Below, piece after piece: positions 35,795 to 49,800 of a stretch of DNA of 64,000 bases. Source of the DNA: Heterodontus francisci (lineage: Eukaryota). A model generated the notes under the pieces. The model was not told the DNA's origin. It ran no database searches and saw nothing but the letters and a program-made list of their open reading frames with translations. The position numbers were made by a program, and so were the translations under genes. Each line of letters starts with the position of its first letter. Within the stretch, counting starts at the first letter, position 1. The stretch covers positions 15,100,945 to 15,164,944 of the forward strand of contig NC_090416.1 in assembly GCF_036365525.1 (NCBI RefSeq), in the 5' to 3' direction.

Positions 35795-38700
35795 GCCATT
35801 GCAATTGAGCAAAAAGGTTGATGATCTTGCAGCTTGTATGAGCCTGTAGTGTGGATAAGCAGACTGACCATGGTACAGGAAGCCTTTCAAGCGGGGAGCA
35901 AAAAGGGACAATAGTGGCAGCAGGGAACAGTATAGTGAGGTGGATTGACACTCCTCCCTCAGCAAAGAGCGGGAGTCCAGAAGGCTGTGTTGCCTGCCCG
36001 GTGCCAGAGTTTTGGTCATCTACTCAGGGCTGGAGAGGAACGTACAGTGGGAGGGGGAGGATCCAGTTGTCGTGGTCCAAGTAGGTACCAACGACATAGG
36101 CAGGACAGGCAAAGAGGTTCTTCAAAGTCAGTATGAGGAGCTAGGCATCAAATTAAGAAGCAGAATCTCAAAGATAATAATCTCTCGATTATTACCTGAG
36201 CCACATGCAAATTGGAGTAGGGCAAATCAGATTAGAGAATTGAATGCATGTGGTAGAAGTAGGTTCTGATTGGTTAGACACAGGCAACAGTATTGGGGAA
36301 AGTGGTTGGCTGTACCGTTGGGACGGTCTACACCTGAACCATGCTGGGACCAGTGTTCTAGCGAGTCTTATAACTGGGGAAGTAGAGAGGGATTTCAACT
36401 AAATTGTGGGGGAAAGACATCAAATTCGGGAAGGTGTGGTCAATAAAAGAGTAGAGACAAGGCAAGAGAGAAAGACATAAATATGGGATAAGATAAACAG
36501 ACTGTGACAGGAAGGGACAGTGAGTACAAATCTAAGAGTAAATCAGCAGACAAGGCCAGAGGTAACAAAAATAACAAAAGAAAAAAATGTTCTGCATCTG
36601 AATGCACGGAGCATTCAAACAAAACAGATGAACTGATGACGCAAATACAAATAAATACATAGGATCTGATAGACATTACAGAGACATGGCTACAACATGA
36701 CATGGATTGGGATCTGAATATTGAAGGGTACCTGACATTTAAGAAGAGCAGGAAGCTAGGAAAAGGTGGAGGGGTGGCTCTGTTAATTAATGATGATATT
36801 AGCACAATAGATAGCACAATAGTACTTTGTTCAGGAAATCAAGATGTAGAAGCGGTTTGGATCGAGATGAGAAATGATAAAGGCAAGAAGTTTACTTGTG
36901 GAAGTGGTGTGCAGGCTCCCTAACAGAACCCCCATGCTAGGCCGGAGTATAAAGTAAAAAATAATGGGAGCTTGTCAGAAAGGTACAGCAATCATCATGG
37001 GGTTTTTAATCAATATATAAACTGGGAAAATCAGATGGGCAAAGGTCGCCTCGATGAGGAGTTCATGGAATGTTTTCGGGATAGTTTTGTACAACAGCAC
37101 ATTCTGGAGCCAACCAGAGAGCCGGCTAAATTTGATCTGCTATTGTGTAACGTGATAGGATTAATCCATGATCTCACAGTGACGGCATGCCTCGGCAGCA
37201 GTGATCATAATAGGCATAAGGTTTACATTTAATTTGAGGGAGAGAAGAGTGAGTCTAAGACTAGCATTTTAAACTTCAATAAGGGACATTATGAGGGCAT
37301 GAAAGCAGAGTTAGCAAAATTTAACTGGAAAAGTAGGTTAAGGGATGGGTCAATAGAGGTACAGTGGCAGATATTTGAGGGGATATTTCAGAATACACAG
37401 CTTAGAAACATTCCAACAAGATAGAAAAAATCCAATAACCATTCGTGGTTAACTAAAAAAAGTTCAAGATAGTACCAAACTCAAAGAAAGCCCAATTAAT
37501 TGTGCAAAGATGGGTGGCAGTTCAAATGATTGGACATAATATAAAAACACAGCAAAGAACGACTAAAAGATTAATAAGGAGGGAGAAATTCGACTACGAA
37601 AACAGCTGGCAAGACACGTTCTATAGCAAGTGAGTCTGGTGAATTAATAATGGAAAATAAGGAGATGGCAGATGAATTGAACAGGTATTTTGCATCAATC
37701 TCCACCATAGAGGATGCAAGTGGCATCCCAGAAATGGCTGTAAATCAGGAAATGGAAGGGAGAGACGAACTCAAGAAAATTACAATCACCAGGGAAGTGG
37801 TACTGAGCAAATTGTTGGAGCTGCAGGCTGACAAGTCTCTGGGTCCTGACGGACTTCTTCCGAGGGTCTCAAAAGAAGTGTCTGGTGAGATAGTTGTTGC
37901 GTTGGATTTAATTTTCCAAAACTCCCTAGATTTGGGCCGAGTTCCATCTGATTGTAAAATGGCCAATGTAACTGCTTTATTCAAAAAGGGAGGGAGACAG
38001 AAAGCAGAAAACAACAGGTCTGTTAGCTTAACATCTGTCATAGAGAAAATGTAGGAAGCCATTATTAAAGAAGTTATAGCAGCGCAATAAGAAAAATTCA
38101 AGGTAATGAGGCATAATAGTTTTGCGAAAGGGAAACCATGTTGAACCAGTTTATTGGAGTCAATTCTTTGAGGGAGCTACATGTGCTGCGGATAAAGGGG
38201 ATGTATTGTTCTTAGATTTCCTGAAGCTATTTGATAAGGTGCCATTTCAAAGGTTATTGCAGAAAATAAAAGCTCATCGTGTAAGGGGTAACATTTTGTC
38301 ATGGATAGAAGTGTAGTTAGCTAACACGGAACTGAGAGTAGGCAAAATGGGTCATTTTCTGATTGGCAGGATGTAATGAATGGTAAGCCACAAGAATCAG
38401 TTCTGGGGCCCTAAATTTTAGCAATTTATACAATTAAGTTGGCTAAAGGGGCCGAAGGCATTGATGCTCAATTTGCTGATGACACAAAGATAGGTGGGAG
38501 CATAAGCTGTGAAGTGATAGAAGGAACTACAAAGGGAGTGGGCAAAAATCTGGAAAATCGGTATGATGTGGGAAAATGGAAAATTGTCCATTTTGGCAGG
38601 AAAAATAAAAAAAAAATAAGCATATTATCTAAATGGTGAGAGATTGCAGAACTCTGAGATGCAGAGGAATCTCTGTGTCCTCGTGCATGAATCACAGAAG

Positions 38701-39710
38701 GTCAGTATGCAGGTACAGCAAGCAATTTGGAAAGCTATTAGAATTTTGTTGTTTGTTTAGTTCAGAGATACAGCACTGAAACACGCCTTTCAGCCCACTG
38801 AGTCTGTGCCGACCATCAACCACCTATACTAATCCTACACTAATTCCATGTTCCTACCACATCCCCACCCGTCTCTAAATCTCCCGACCACCTACCTATA
38901 CTAGGGGAAATTTATAATTGTCAATTTATCTATCAACCTGCAAGTCTTTGGCATGTGGGATTTATTTACAGAGCACCCAGAGAAAACCCACGCAGACACA
39001 GAGAGACCTTGCAAACTCCACACCGGAATTGAACGCGGGTCGCTGGGTTGTGAAGCTGCGTTGCTAACCACTGCGCCACTGTGCCGCCCTCAGGGGAATG
39101 CAATAAAAAGTAGGGAGGTTATGCTGCAGTTATACAAGGCATTGTTGAGACCAGATCTGACGTACTGTGTAGTTTTGGTCTCCTTATATAAGGAAGGGTA
39201 CAATTGCATTGGAAGCAGTTCAGCGTCGGTTTACTAGTTTAATACCTGGAATGGACAGGTTGTCTTATGAGGAGATTTTGGACAGCCGAGGTTTGTATCC
39301 ACTGGAGTTTAGAAGAGTAAGAGGTGTCTTGATTGAAACATGTAAGATTCTGAACTGTCCAGAAAGGGTGGATTTGGAAAGGATGCTTCCCCTTGTGGGA
39401 CAATCTCGAACTAGGGGTCACTGATTGTAGATAAGGGGTCCCCCATTTCAGACAGAGATGAGGAGAATTTTTTTCTCTCAGAGGGTCGTGAGTCTTTGGA
39501 ATTCTCTTCCTCAAAAGGCGGTGGAAGTAGAGTCTTTGAATATTTTGAAGGTAGAGGTAGATAGATTCTTGATAAGCAAGGTGTTGAAAGGTGATCGGGA
39601 GGAGGCCGGAATGTCGAGTTCAGGTTACAATCAGATCATCCATGACCTTCTTGAAAGACGCAGCAGGCTCGAGGGGCCGAGTGGCCAACTCCTGCTCCTA
39701 AATCCTATAT
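35795..39710 (+). mobile_element. CR1 LINE, duplicated copy of 22828-27675
   Basis: Same flanks and ORF1/ORF2 motifs, without the RTE insertion. Confidence 0.88.
38755..39090 (-). mobile_element. V-SINE-like (HE1-type) element nested in CR1
   Basis: Core AGAAAACCCACGCAGACAC...TGCAAACTCCACAC. It interrupts the CR1 and is absent from the other two copies. Confidence 0.65.
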
Positions 39711-41609
39711 TTAGAAATCAAACATTCAGGTGATGAGCTGAGCTCAGAATAATCCTCATCTTTCACCATCATGGAGGCAGTAGCCACAAGAGAACGATTA
39801 ATAATCCTTACTCACCAATACACTTAAATAACCCAGTGCACACAGTGCTTAGGGAATAACCTCCATTATACTCACAGGCAAACCAATGTAATTAGCAGGT
39901 TGAGCATTGCGCCCCTGCTTCAGTGCGTTCATGGTACACAGGATTGTTATGTCATGACGCCGGGTTAAAATGTAAATACGCTCGTGGTCACTCACACTAA
40001 TCACCTCCCAACACCATCCCTGCACATGCTCAGTGGCGACACTCCATGTCTCCAGTTCTGAGGTCATTTCGCAGACATGTTTAAACATATTCAGAATCCT
40101 CACCTCCTTATCCAGGAGCGGGGGAACAGGAGTAGATCCAAAGTGGATTATCCCACGGTCCCCCACATTGAGTGACACCTGTCACATTTCAGTCCACTCA
40201 CAACCTGGATCGACCCGCTTGGTACTTACTGCTCACATCCAACACACGTTACTGTGTCTCCTAACACAACAACGTCTACAAACCTGGATATAAAACACCC
40301 GATTCCTTCACCTGAGTCACTAATAAATATGATGGAAGGATTGAGGCCCCAGCACAGATCCCTGGAGAACCCCACGTGCCACATCCTGACAACCTGAGAC
40401 CTCCTCTTTATCCCCACTCCCTGTCTCCTGCCTCTCAACCAATTTCCAACCCAAATCGAAAGGCTGCCTCCAATTCAATGCAGTGTCAAATTTGACAATA
40501 ATCTTTAGTGTAAAATCTGATTTATGCCTTATCCAGAGACCATCCGGATAACATTTATGGACACTCCTTTGCCTAAGAATAGCGACGGCCTCAAGAGATG
40601 GAACTATATTAATCAGACATTATTTAACTTTAACAAAGCCATGTTGGCCCCTCTCGTTAGTTTACATTAAATAGTGTTCACACACACTATCCCCAATGAC
40701 AGAGTGTAATAGATTCACTACAACTGATGTTGCACAGACAGGCCGGTAGTTACCTGGTTCCACTCTCCCACCCTTCTTAAAATATCCAATGTCTGAAGTA
40801 CTGTGTACAGTTCTGGACAGACTATCGCAGAAAGTGAATATTGGATGATGTGGAGACACACCAGAATGTAACCAGGGATCCAAGGGTTAAATTATGAGGA
40901 ACGATTATATAATCTCATAATCTAGGCTTGTATTGCTGGAATATGGAATGTTAAAGGCCGATTTGATTGAGATTTGTAGGATTTTGAAAAGGATTGATAG
41001 GGTACATTGAGAGAAACGATTCCTCTAGTAAGGGGCTATGTCCTGAACAAGGAAACATGTTTTTTTAAATTAATAAATGCAATGGGGAATTCAGGAGAAA
41101 CTTCTTTTCCCAGAGAGTGGTGAGAATGTGGAACTCACTACCACAGGGAGTGGTTGGGGCAAATAGCAGAGATTAGTGTTTCTGTCCTGTACTTTCATAT
41201 AAGGTTGTCTGGGCTGTAAATTATGCTCTCAGTTCCCTCAATGTCACTTTAAGTGTTGAATAAAGTTGGACCATATTAATTTCAGGTCAACATTTCATCT
41301 TTATTAAGAGCTGTATGACACAAGTTCCCAAACACAACACGGTCACCGACTAAAGGGGAATCCGTTCCCATTTTACAAACAGCGAAAGTTAACACACAGG
41401 AAATTGGGGACAATTCTACAGGAAATTCCATGTCACAAAGTCAGACAATCATTTCACCCGCTTCTGATATTATTCAACATTCGGGTTGTCCGCCAAAAAC
41501 TGACATTGCTACAGTGATTACATTGCAATATAACAAAAAAAGAGGATTCCACATATTGAATAATATTTCATCAGCAATAAATCAAACTCTAAACCCCAGT
41601 TGCCCCCTC

Positions 41610-41938
41610 TCAGTCGGAACAAGCGGTGGAGCTGATGGTTTTGAGGAGAGGTGAGCTCAGAGAGCCGTGGTCCACACTGCAGGTATAGCTGGAGCCCTTA
41701 TTCCAGGCAGTGGCGGGGACTCTCAGGTAACTGCTCAGGCTGTAGGTTTGATCACTGTCCGTGGACACGGTGCCTGTGGTCACCCCGCTGTCTGTCTCTT
41801 TATCATCCACTCTCCAGAGAACCCGCACGAAACCCGGCTTAAAGCGGCTCACCAGGCAGGACAGTGTAGCCCATCCCGAGTCTATTTCTTCCGAGGAAGG
41901 AGGGAGCAGGAGAACTGATGGTTTCCGATCCTCACTAC
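41610..41938 (-). CDS. IgL constant exon C3
   Basis: Open 329-nt C exon ending STACSD*. Confidence 0.95.
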
Positions 41939-44267
41939 CTGTTTGTGTGGGAATAGAAAATTCATTAATATATAACCCATTAGCAGTGGGACAGACTGAC
42001 CTGAAATCTGATTGGATGCTGCATTAACTCTCCTGATCCACATTAACTTTAAACTGAATTACTGATCCATTCAGTAGTTCCAATAAATTCTTAGGTCTCT
42101 CGTTCCTGAGCTCATCTGCCAATTCATTTTCCTCGAGTACAACAGTGACGATAGTTCAAAATTACTTCATTTGGATCCGAGGACCTTAAAACTGCTGCAT
42201 AAATGACCGAATCACAGACTGGGAGGGAGCAGCGGGAGTCCATTTTGCCCATCGTGTTGGCTCTTTGAAAGAGCTATCCAATTAGTTCCCGCTCCCCCCA
42301 CTCTTTCCCCATATCCTTGCAAAATTTCTCAATTTCATGTATTTGTCCAATTCCCCTATTAAAAGTTACTATTGAATCTGTTTCCATCGTCCTTTCAGGC
42401 AGCGTGTTCCAGATCGCAACAACTCGGTACGTTAAAAAAAACTCTCCTCATCTCCCCCTCTGGTTCTTTTACTAATTATCTTCAACCTGTGTCCTTCTGG
42501 TTACCGACCCTCCTGTCAGTGGAAACAGTTTCTCCTCATTTCCTCTGTCGAAACCCTTCCTGATTTTGAACGCCTCAGTTAAGTCTCCCCTTAACCTTCT
42601 CTGCTCCAAGCAGAACAATCCCAGCTTCTCCCAGTCTCTCCACATTAAGTGAAGTCCCTCATCCCTGGTCCCATTCTGGGAAATCTCCCTCCACACTCTC
42701 TCCAACACCTTGACAGTGTGATGCCCAGAATTAGACCCTATACTCCAGCCGGGGCCTATCCAGTGCTTTATAAAGCATTAATGCATCCACTTTGTTTTGT
42801 CCGCTTTGCCTCTATTAATAAAGTCCAGGATACCATCAGCTTTTCAAACAGATTCCTCAACGAGTGCTGCTTCCGACAAAGATTAGCGTACACACAGCCC
42901 CAGGTCTCTCTGTTCCTGCACCCTCTTTGAAATTGTATCATGAGCAAGACAACCTTTCTTTCGGATAAAATAAGAACAAGGAAAGCTGCAACTGCAGACT
43001 GGCTCAGTCAGTAAGTGTGAAGATTAGCAATTGGCCGCTTCAGATACAGTTCACAGCCCCGAACCCGCACTCAGCTGTCTGTACCCGATATAAACACTGA
43101 GCAACCGGCTGCATTTTCCAGCATTTCCACTTTATATTTACATATACATTTCCAATATTTGCTGGTTCTTTTTTGTTACCATTTGTATATAATGCCGCGT
43201 TTGCTTGTCTTAAAATGCAGTCAGTGTTAACGTGAAAGATGTGAATTCATGAAGCTGTGACCTGCTTTTAACTGAGTGTCCATATATTTTCTGACATCAC
43301 AAACAGCGCAGATTCAACACAAAGATACCGGGGATAAAAGGGTTCAATTGAAGTCTTGAAGATGAATGTACTCAATGACTGAGTATTCAAAGCGCCCTGT
43401 TAAAGCAGAACCTTCAAACTCGAGCCAGGCCGTTCAGGGATGATGTCAGGGAGCATTTCCTCACCCAAAGGGGAGTGGAAATCTGGAACTCTCTCCCCAA
43501 AAGTGCTGTTGAGACTCGGAGAGGGATCAATTAGCAAATTCAAAGCTGAGATTGCTAGATTTTTGCTGGAGAAGGCGATTAAGGGTTACAGAACCAAGGG
43601 GTTAATATACAGATCAGCCATCGTCTAACTGAATGGTGGATTAGACTGGAGGCCGCAATGATTTCAACCAAGTCCACTCTAAAATAAATTATCTGGTCAT
43701 TATCTCATTGCTGTTAGTGGGATCTTGCTGTGCGCAGATTGGCTGTCTGTGTCCTGAAAGGCACTAAGACTGGCATTTCTATAGCGCCATTCACAACCTC
43801 ATGACTTCCCAAAGCGCCTTAGAGACAATGAAATACTTTCTGAAGTGTGCTCACTGTTGCAATGTAGAAATGCGGCCGCCAATATTAGCACAGCACAATC
43901 CCAACATCAGCCCGACGATAAATACCAGTTACACTGTTTTTAGTGATACTGAGAGAGGGATAAATATTGTTCACAGGAGATCTCTCTCTGCTCGATCAAA
44001 AGACAGCGCAGAGACGAGAATGTTGTGGTTGACACAGGGATTGTTGGAAATGGAGAATGAAGAATACTCTTAAACTAATTTTTGGAACAGTTCCTTTCCC
44101 CCCGATGCGGAGTAATGCCAATTCTAACCTGTTTAACGTTTCTGGGTGTAAATAAATCCAACATCAAATTCGCGAAATCGAAATTCATCTGCCGCTCGGC
44201 AATAAAATTGGCCATAAATGAATAATAACTGAAACAATATGAATGATAGGATGAGGGAATTACTTAC

Positions 44268-44304
44268 TCCGTAAACTCAGGGCGGTCCCAGGTCCGAAGG
44301 TAAA
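44268..44304 (-). CDS. IgL J segment 3 (FTFGPGTALSLR)
   Basis: FGxG motif and donor GTAAGT. RSS23 at 44305-44343 (CACAGTG-23-CTTAAAACC). Confidence 0.93.
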
Positions 44305-44686
44305 CACAGTGCAGTGTTTTAATGGGACGGGTCACTTAAAACCCAGGCTGGGAAGAAAGAGGGGAAAATATTAATAATCTGTCCTTTATCACATTCCCTT
44401 TCACATTCTGCCTTTCACAGGGGCCGGAATGCTGAGAGTCTGGAGAAAGATTTTCACATATCAGTGAGAAAACCCTGAGAATATCAGTGTTTACCTACCC
44501 AGCTAATAGTCCAAATATTGGGGAAAATCCAAATAAACCCATGGAATTCCAGTGACATTTTCCTCAAGTTACATAAGGAATATTTCTGAAACTCATTCCA
44601 CAGTCTCAGGCAGGAATATTTCAGTAGCTGTTGGAATTCTGAGTGGTTCAGTTGGTGCAGTTTTTGTATTGCCCTGTCTCACTGTG

Positions 44687-45015
44687 TATGTAGCCTGCTG
44701 AGCTATCCCAGGCAGCACAGTAATAGACGGCGGAGTCTCCCGGTTCCAAGCTGCCGATGGTCAGAATGTGACTGTTACTGGAGGTGTCTCTGGAAGGTTT
44801 AAAACGGTCCGTGAAGCCGGTGCCTCGATAGATGTCATCATCTGGTTGGTGCTCTAACACCCACACCGGAGCCTCCCCGGGTCTCTGTCGGTACCAGTAC
44901 ATGTAGTAACTGCCCACATTGCCGTTCTGCATCGCACACTTTAACTCGGAGGTCTCACCGGTGGAGACTGGGTCGGAAATTGGGGTCTGATTGAGGACAG
45001 GAACCGCCAGGACAC
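44687..45015 (-). CDS. IgL V segment 3
   Basis: Open V ending CAAWDSSAGYI. RSS12 at 44659-44686. Confidence 0.95.
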
Positions 45016-45157
45016 CTTCAACACAAAACACAAGAGAGAGAAAAACACATTCAGTTTATTGGAGTAAATAGGTCATTCATACATCAATAAACATGGCTGT
45101 AAAACCGGCCCATTCTCGGTATTTAACGGCTAATCTGTGCCTAAAACAATCTCTCAC

Positions 45158-45206
45158 CTGTTAAGTGGAGCAGCAGGGCCCACAGGAGATGCATCACTGC
45201 AGCCAT
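45158..45206 (-). CDS. IgL leader exon 3
   Basis: MAAVMHLLWALLLHLT G|GTGAG. Confidence 0.9.
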
Positions 45207-45317
45207 TCCACCGGAAAAAGCGACAACAGCAACTGCCCAAATGTCTGCCTGAACCTGTTGGTGTAAACTGGGAGAGCGGCTCCGCTTCCAGTGTCTGTAA
45301 ACCAGAGACTCCGGGTC

Positions 45318-45340
45318 TATTTATTGCCCGGTATGCAAAT
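45318..45340 (-). promoter_or_regulatory. IgL promoter: octamer + TATA-like box
   Basis: ATTTGCAT on the coding strand (45333-45340, light-chain orientation), followed by AATAAATA. Confidence 0.85.
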
Positions 45341-48015
45341 GAGTGGGAGGGGCCAGAAAAACCTTGGCGGCAGATTCATCTTTCAAGATTGGGTTTAAAA
45401 TCTATTTGTGTTTGATTACATATTTGTTAAAATCTTAACCTTTGCTTTGCCAATGTTTAATCGCCAATTGCAGTTTGCGTTGCGGGAAGGTTCCAATATC
45501 CGAAGATTTTTTGCGTTTAATAAATATTTCGTCTGTCCCTCCCCCAGAATCAGGAGGTGCGGGTTGTTGAGATACGAATTTATGGATTGACTTTGCCCTC
45601 AATCACGGGGGTAACGCGCTGTTAAGCTCTAATCAAAACAGAAAGTGCAATTTCAGATTTCCAGCATCTGTAGTATTTTGCTTTTATTTTAGTGTTAAAC
45701 TCTGAAATCCTGCTTCACATTTTAAAATGTTCCATTCCCCTAAAATACCCATGTCACAAGAGGCTGACACCCGTTTCTCTCAGTCAGCAGCAAGAGAAAC
45801 CTACATTTATCCATCCCTTTTTAACATTTGACCTCACATGGGATTTGGTCTTCAGCCTGTAAATAAATCTCGGGTGAAAATATTCCTGAGGTGGAGGAAA
45901 GGACTCATTAGATAAACGGGAAAGGGTGAGGATGATGAGGGACATTATAGTCCCTGCTCCAGTTCACAGAGAAGTTGTTATATTACAGCCTGAGTCACTC
46001 CTTCTAAAACACAGCAGGACAAATAAAACTTACCACAGTATTATTAAATGACACTTTGCCTTTAAGTTGCTTCTGGTCCGATTAAGATGCCCTTTTAAAC
46101 CCTGTTGGATTAGCGACAGGGTCAGGATCTGTGATGTTGGAAACTTTAAATCTGTTTCGTGTAAATCCCTTACTCCCCACATTGAGTCTCGGTCCGCGTT
46201 TTTTAACAGACTGAGCGAATCAGGTTTGCATCAGTTACTTGAGATCGAATGGTAAATGCATTAAATTGTTGATAAGTGGGTTGGTGGAGATATGAACTTG
46301 AAAGGGGAAATATTTTTGTTAAGTAATGACGTAACTATGAAGTGAGTTATTAGTGTTGTTGGAAAATCACTCCGAGCGGCGGGAAGAATTGACGCTCCCG
46401 GGAGCATCCCAGTGAATTTAGACAGAGATAGGTTCCAACATGGACAAGGAACTTTTCGGTGAAGATCAGACGCTTGTTTCTACGCTTGAACTGATCTGTT
46501 AACATTATTTAAGGGGCTGAGGTGCTCAGACTGAAGCTTCTCTCTCAGCCTTGGACTGGGACCGAGTGCTTTCTTACTGCTGACACCGACACTTCCTGAC
46601 TGGACAACCAATCACGGCAGAACACAGCTCACACCGGGCACTGAACCTCGGGCAGCATTTGTTGCCTATCCCTAATTGCCCTTGACAATTGAATGTCTTG
46701 TTGGGTATTTCAGAGTGCAGTTAAGAGTCAACCACATTGCTGTGGGTCTGGAGCCACATGTGGGCCAGATCGAGTCAAGATGGTAGATTTCCACCCCTAA
46801 ATGTCATTAGTGAACCAGATGATATTTTAGAACAATAAATGATGCTTTCATGACACCATTACTGAGACAAGCTTTCAATTCCAGATTATTATTTAGTAAA
46901 TGTAAACTCCACCACGAGCTGTGGTGCAATTTGAACCCATGCCCCAATGCTTTGGACGTTTGCAATTCGTCCAGTGACATTACCACTTATGCCACCGCCT
47001 CCTCTAACAGCAAAGCCACTGATAAGGTTGGCAGTCCTCAAAGTTGAAAAGTCACCAGCTCCAGATGGGATTCATCCTCATTTGCTGAGGGAAGTAAGGG
47101 TGGACATGACGGAGGCTCTGGTCACAATCTTCCAATTGCCCTTGAAAATAACTGGAGGCAAATCTTACACCGCGGTTTAAAAAAAGAGATAAACCCAGCA
47201 ACTACAGGCCAGTGACCCTAATGTCGTTTCGTGGGGAAACGTTTCGAAAAAATAACAATCTAGGACAAAATGTATTGGCATTTGGAAATGTACGGGCTAG
47301 TAGATGAAAGTCAGCACGGATTTTATGTTTGAGTAACTTGATCGACTTCTTCGATGAAGACAGAGGATGATGTGGGCAGTGTATGGTGTTGTGTATGAGG
47401 ACTTTTAAAAGACATTTGACAAGGTATCACATTATAGACTTAATGGTAAATTAAAGGATTAAAGGGACAGTGACAGCATGGTTAGAAAGTCAGAAAGGAA
47501 CAGAAAGCAGAGAATGGTGGTGAATGGTTGCTTCCTCGCCTGAAGGGAGGTATACAGTGGTGTTCCCCAGGGATTGATATGTTTCATCTACATTAATGAC
47601 CTTGAATTGGATACACAGGGAATAACTTTTTAGATGACATAAAACTTGGAAATATTGTCAATAGCGAGACAGACAGTAATAAACATCAGGAAGATAGAGA
47701 CACACTGGTGAAATAGACACATGGCAGATGAAAATTAACAAGTTGAGATCCGTGCCTTTATTGTCAGAAATGTGAAGTACAAAATGAAAGAAGTTGTGCT
47801 AAACCTTTATAAAACACTGTTTAGGCCTCAACTGGAGTTCTGTGTTCAATTCTGGGGATGGCAATTTCGGAAGGACGTGAAGGTCTTGGAGGGCGTGTGG
47901 AGGAGATTTACTGGAATGGTCCCAGGGATGAGGGATTTCAGTTAATGTGGAGAGACTGGAGAAGCTGGGATTGTTCTCATCACAGCAGAAAAGGTTAAGG
48001 GAAGATAGAATTGAG

Positions 48016-48034
48016 GGGTTAGGGTTAGGGTTAG
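48016..48034 (+). repeat. Short interstitial telomeric repeat GGG(TTAGGG)2TTAG
   Basis: Perfect vertebrate telomere units at a deletion junction. Confidence 0.7.
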
Positions 48035-49334
48035 AGAGTGCATGTCCATTAACCCTCTTTGTAAATGATATTCGCCTGGCCTCTCCCTCAGTTCTTGTGG
48101 GTATGATTTTAAATTCATAGTGACTCACCAATCGCTGCAAACATCTCTGAAGAGAGAGAGAGTGATGATACAAAGCTCGGTGGAAAAATAAGCTTTGAGG
48201 AGGAGATAGAGAGGCTGTAAAGGACATGGACCGGCTAAGTGAGTGGGTAGGAAAGTCGCATATGGAGTATAAAGTGGGAAAATGTGAAATTATCCACATT
48301 GATAGGAAGAACAAAAAAGTAGATTTTTTTTTAAAAGTTGAGGGACTGGAAAATGTTGGTATTCAAAGGGATTTGGGTGTCATTGTACTCAAATCACAGA
48401 CAGTTAACATGCAGGTACAACAAGCAATTAGGAAAGCAAATTGTTTTGATAGCCTTTATTGCACGAGTGGTGGAGTATAAGAGGAAGGAAGCCTTTCAGC
48501 AATTGTACTGAGCTTTGGTGAGACCACACCTGGAGACATGCGCGCAGGATTGGTCTCCTACCTAAGGAAGGACACACTTGCCTTGGAGGGAATAGAATGA
48601 AGTTTCACGAGATTGCTTCCTTTGGTGACAGGGTTGTCCTATGAGAAGAGATTGAGTAGAATGGGCCAATACCCTATCGAGTTTAGCAGAATGAGAGATG
48701 ATAACAATTAAACATAACATTAACAGGGTAGATGTTGAGAGGCTGTTTCCCCCTGGCTGCAGAGTCTAGAACTAGGGAGTCACAGTCTCAGGATAAGGGC
48801 TTGGCCATTTCGGGCTGAGATGAGAAGACATTTCTTCACTCAGAGGGTTGTCAATCTTTGGAATTCTCTACCCCAGAAAGCTGTGGAGGCTCAGTCCTTG
48901 ATTATATTCAACACAGAGATCGATATATTATTGGGTGCTGAGGGAATCAGGGAATATGGGGAACAGGCGGGGAAGTGGAATTGAGGTAGAAGATCTGACA
49001 TGATTTGGTTAAATGGCAGAACAGGCTCGAGGGGCCGAATGTACTATTACTTATTTCTTTGTTTAAAGGTCAAGAGGTGAGTGTACAATCCACAAAAAAT
49101 TCATTATTGATTTAAAAGCTACTGTAGGCGATCAAACATTTATCCGTCCAGTTAAATCCAGAATGTTGATGATTCACATGGCCGAACAGCCAGGTTCCAG
49201 ACTGGGTCTGAGAATGGCACTGAATGCAGCTCAGCTCAGGCCCTCGTCATCAACCACAGGGGACCTGGGCGGTGTTCTGAAAGCCTTATTTTAGATCCTG
49301 ATACCCAAATTGAAGCTGTTTTTGGCTTGTTTGT

Positions 49335-49450
49335 GATGTGGTGCAGGTGTTGTGGTCACTCGCTGCAGGGAGTGGGAGAGGAACCCCGGGGAGGAACTGA
49401 AACCTCCCTGTTCACTTTCTGATAAGCAGCAGAGAGAAGCAGCATCTGGG
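49335..49450. promoter_or_regulatory. Candidate enhancer, copy 3
   Basis: GAGGAACTGAAAC 49391-49403, CAGGTG 49344, CATCTG 49443, TGTGGT at 49337 and 49351. Confidence 0.55.
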
Positions 49451-49800
49451 CCCAGTTCCCCTGCTCTGAAACACACAGAAACAGGACGGAAATCTCAGAA
49501 ACACCGTTAAACGGTTACATTCTTGGACACGTCACACATTTACAACAAAACAACCCATTATCTGGACTGGGCCCCTCAGGAGAACTGAACTGAACTCCTG
49601 CTTTAAAACACTCGTTAAAACCTACCTCTTTCACCGAGCTTTTGGTCATTTCTCCGAATGCCACCTTATCTGGCTCAGTGCAATTTTTATCCTCTGAAGC
49701 GCCTTGGGACGTTTTACTAAGATAACGGTGCGATGTAAATGCAAGGGTGACACATGTGCTCTCAGCATTGACCCACACAAGGTTAAGAAAGTTTCAGAAG

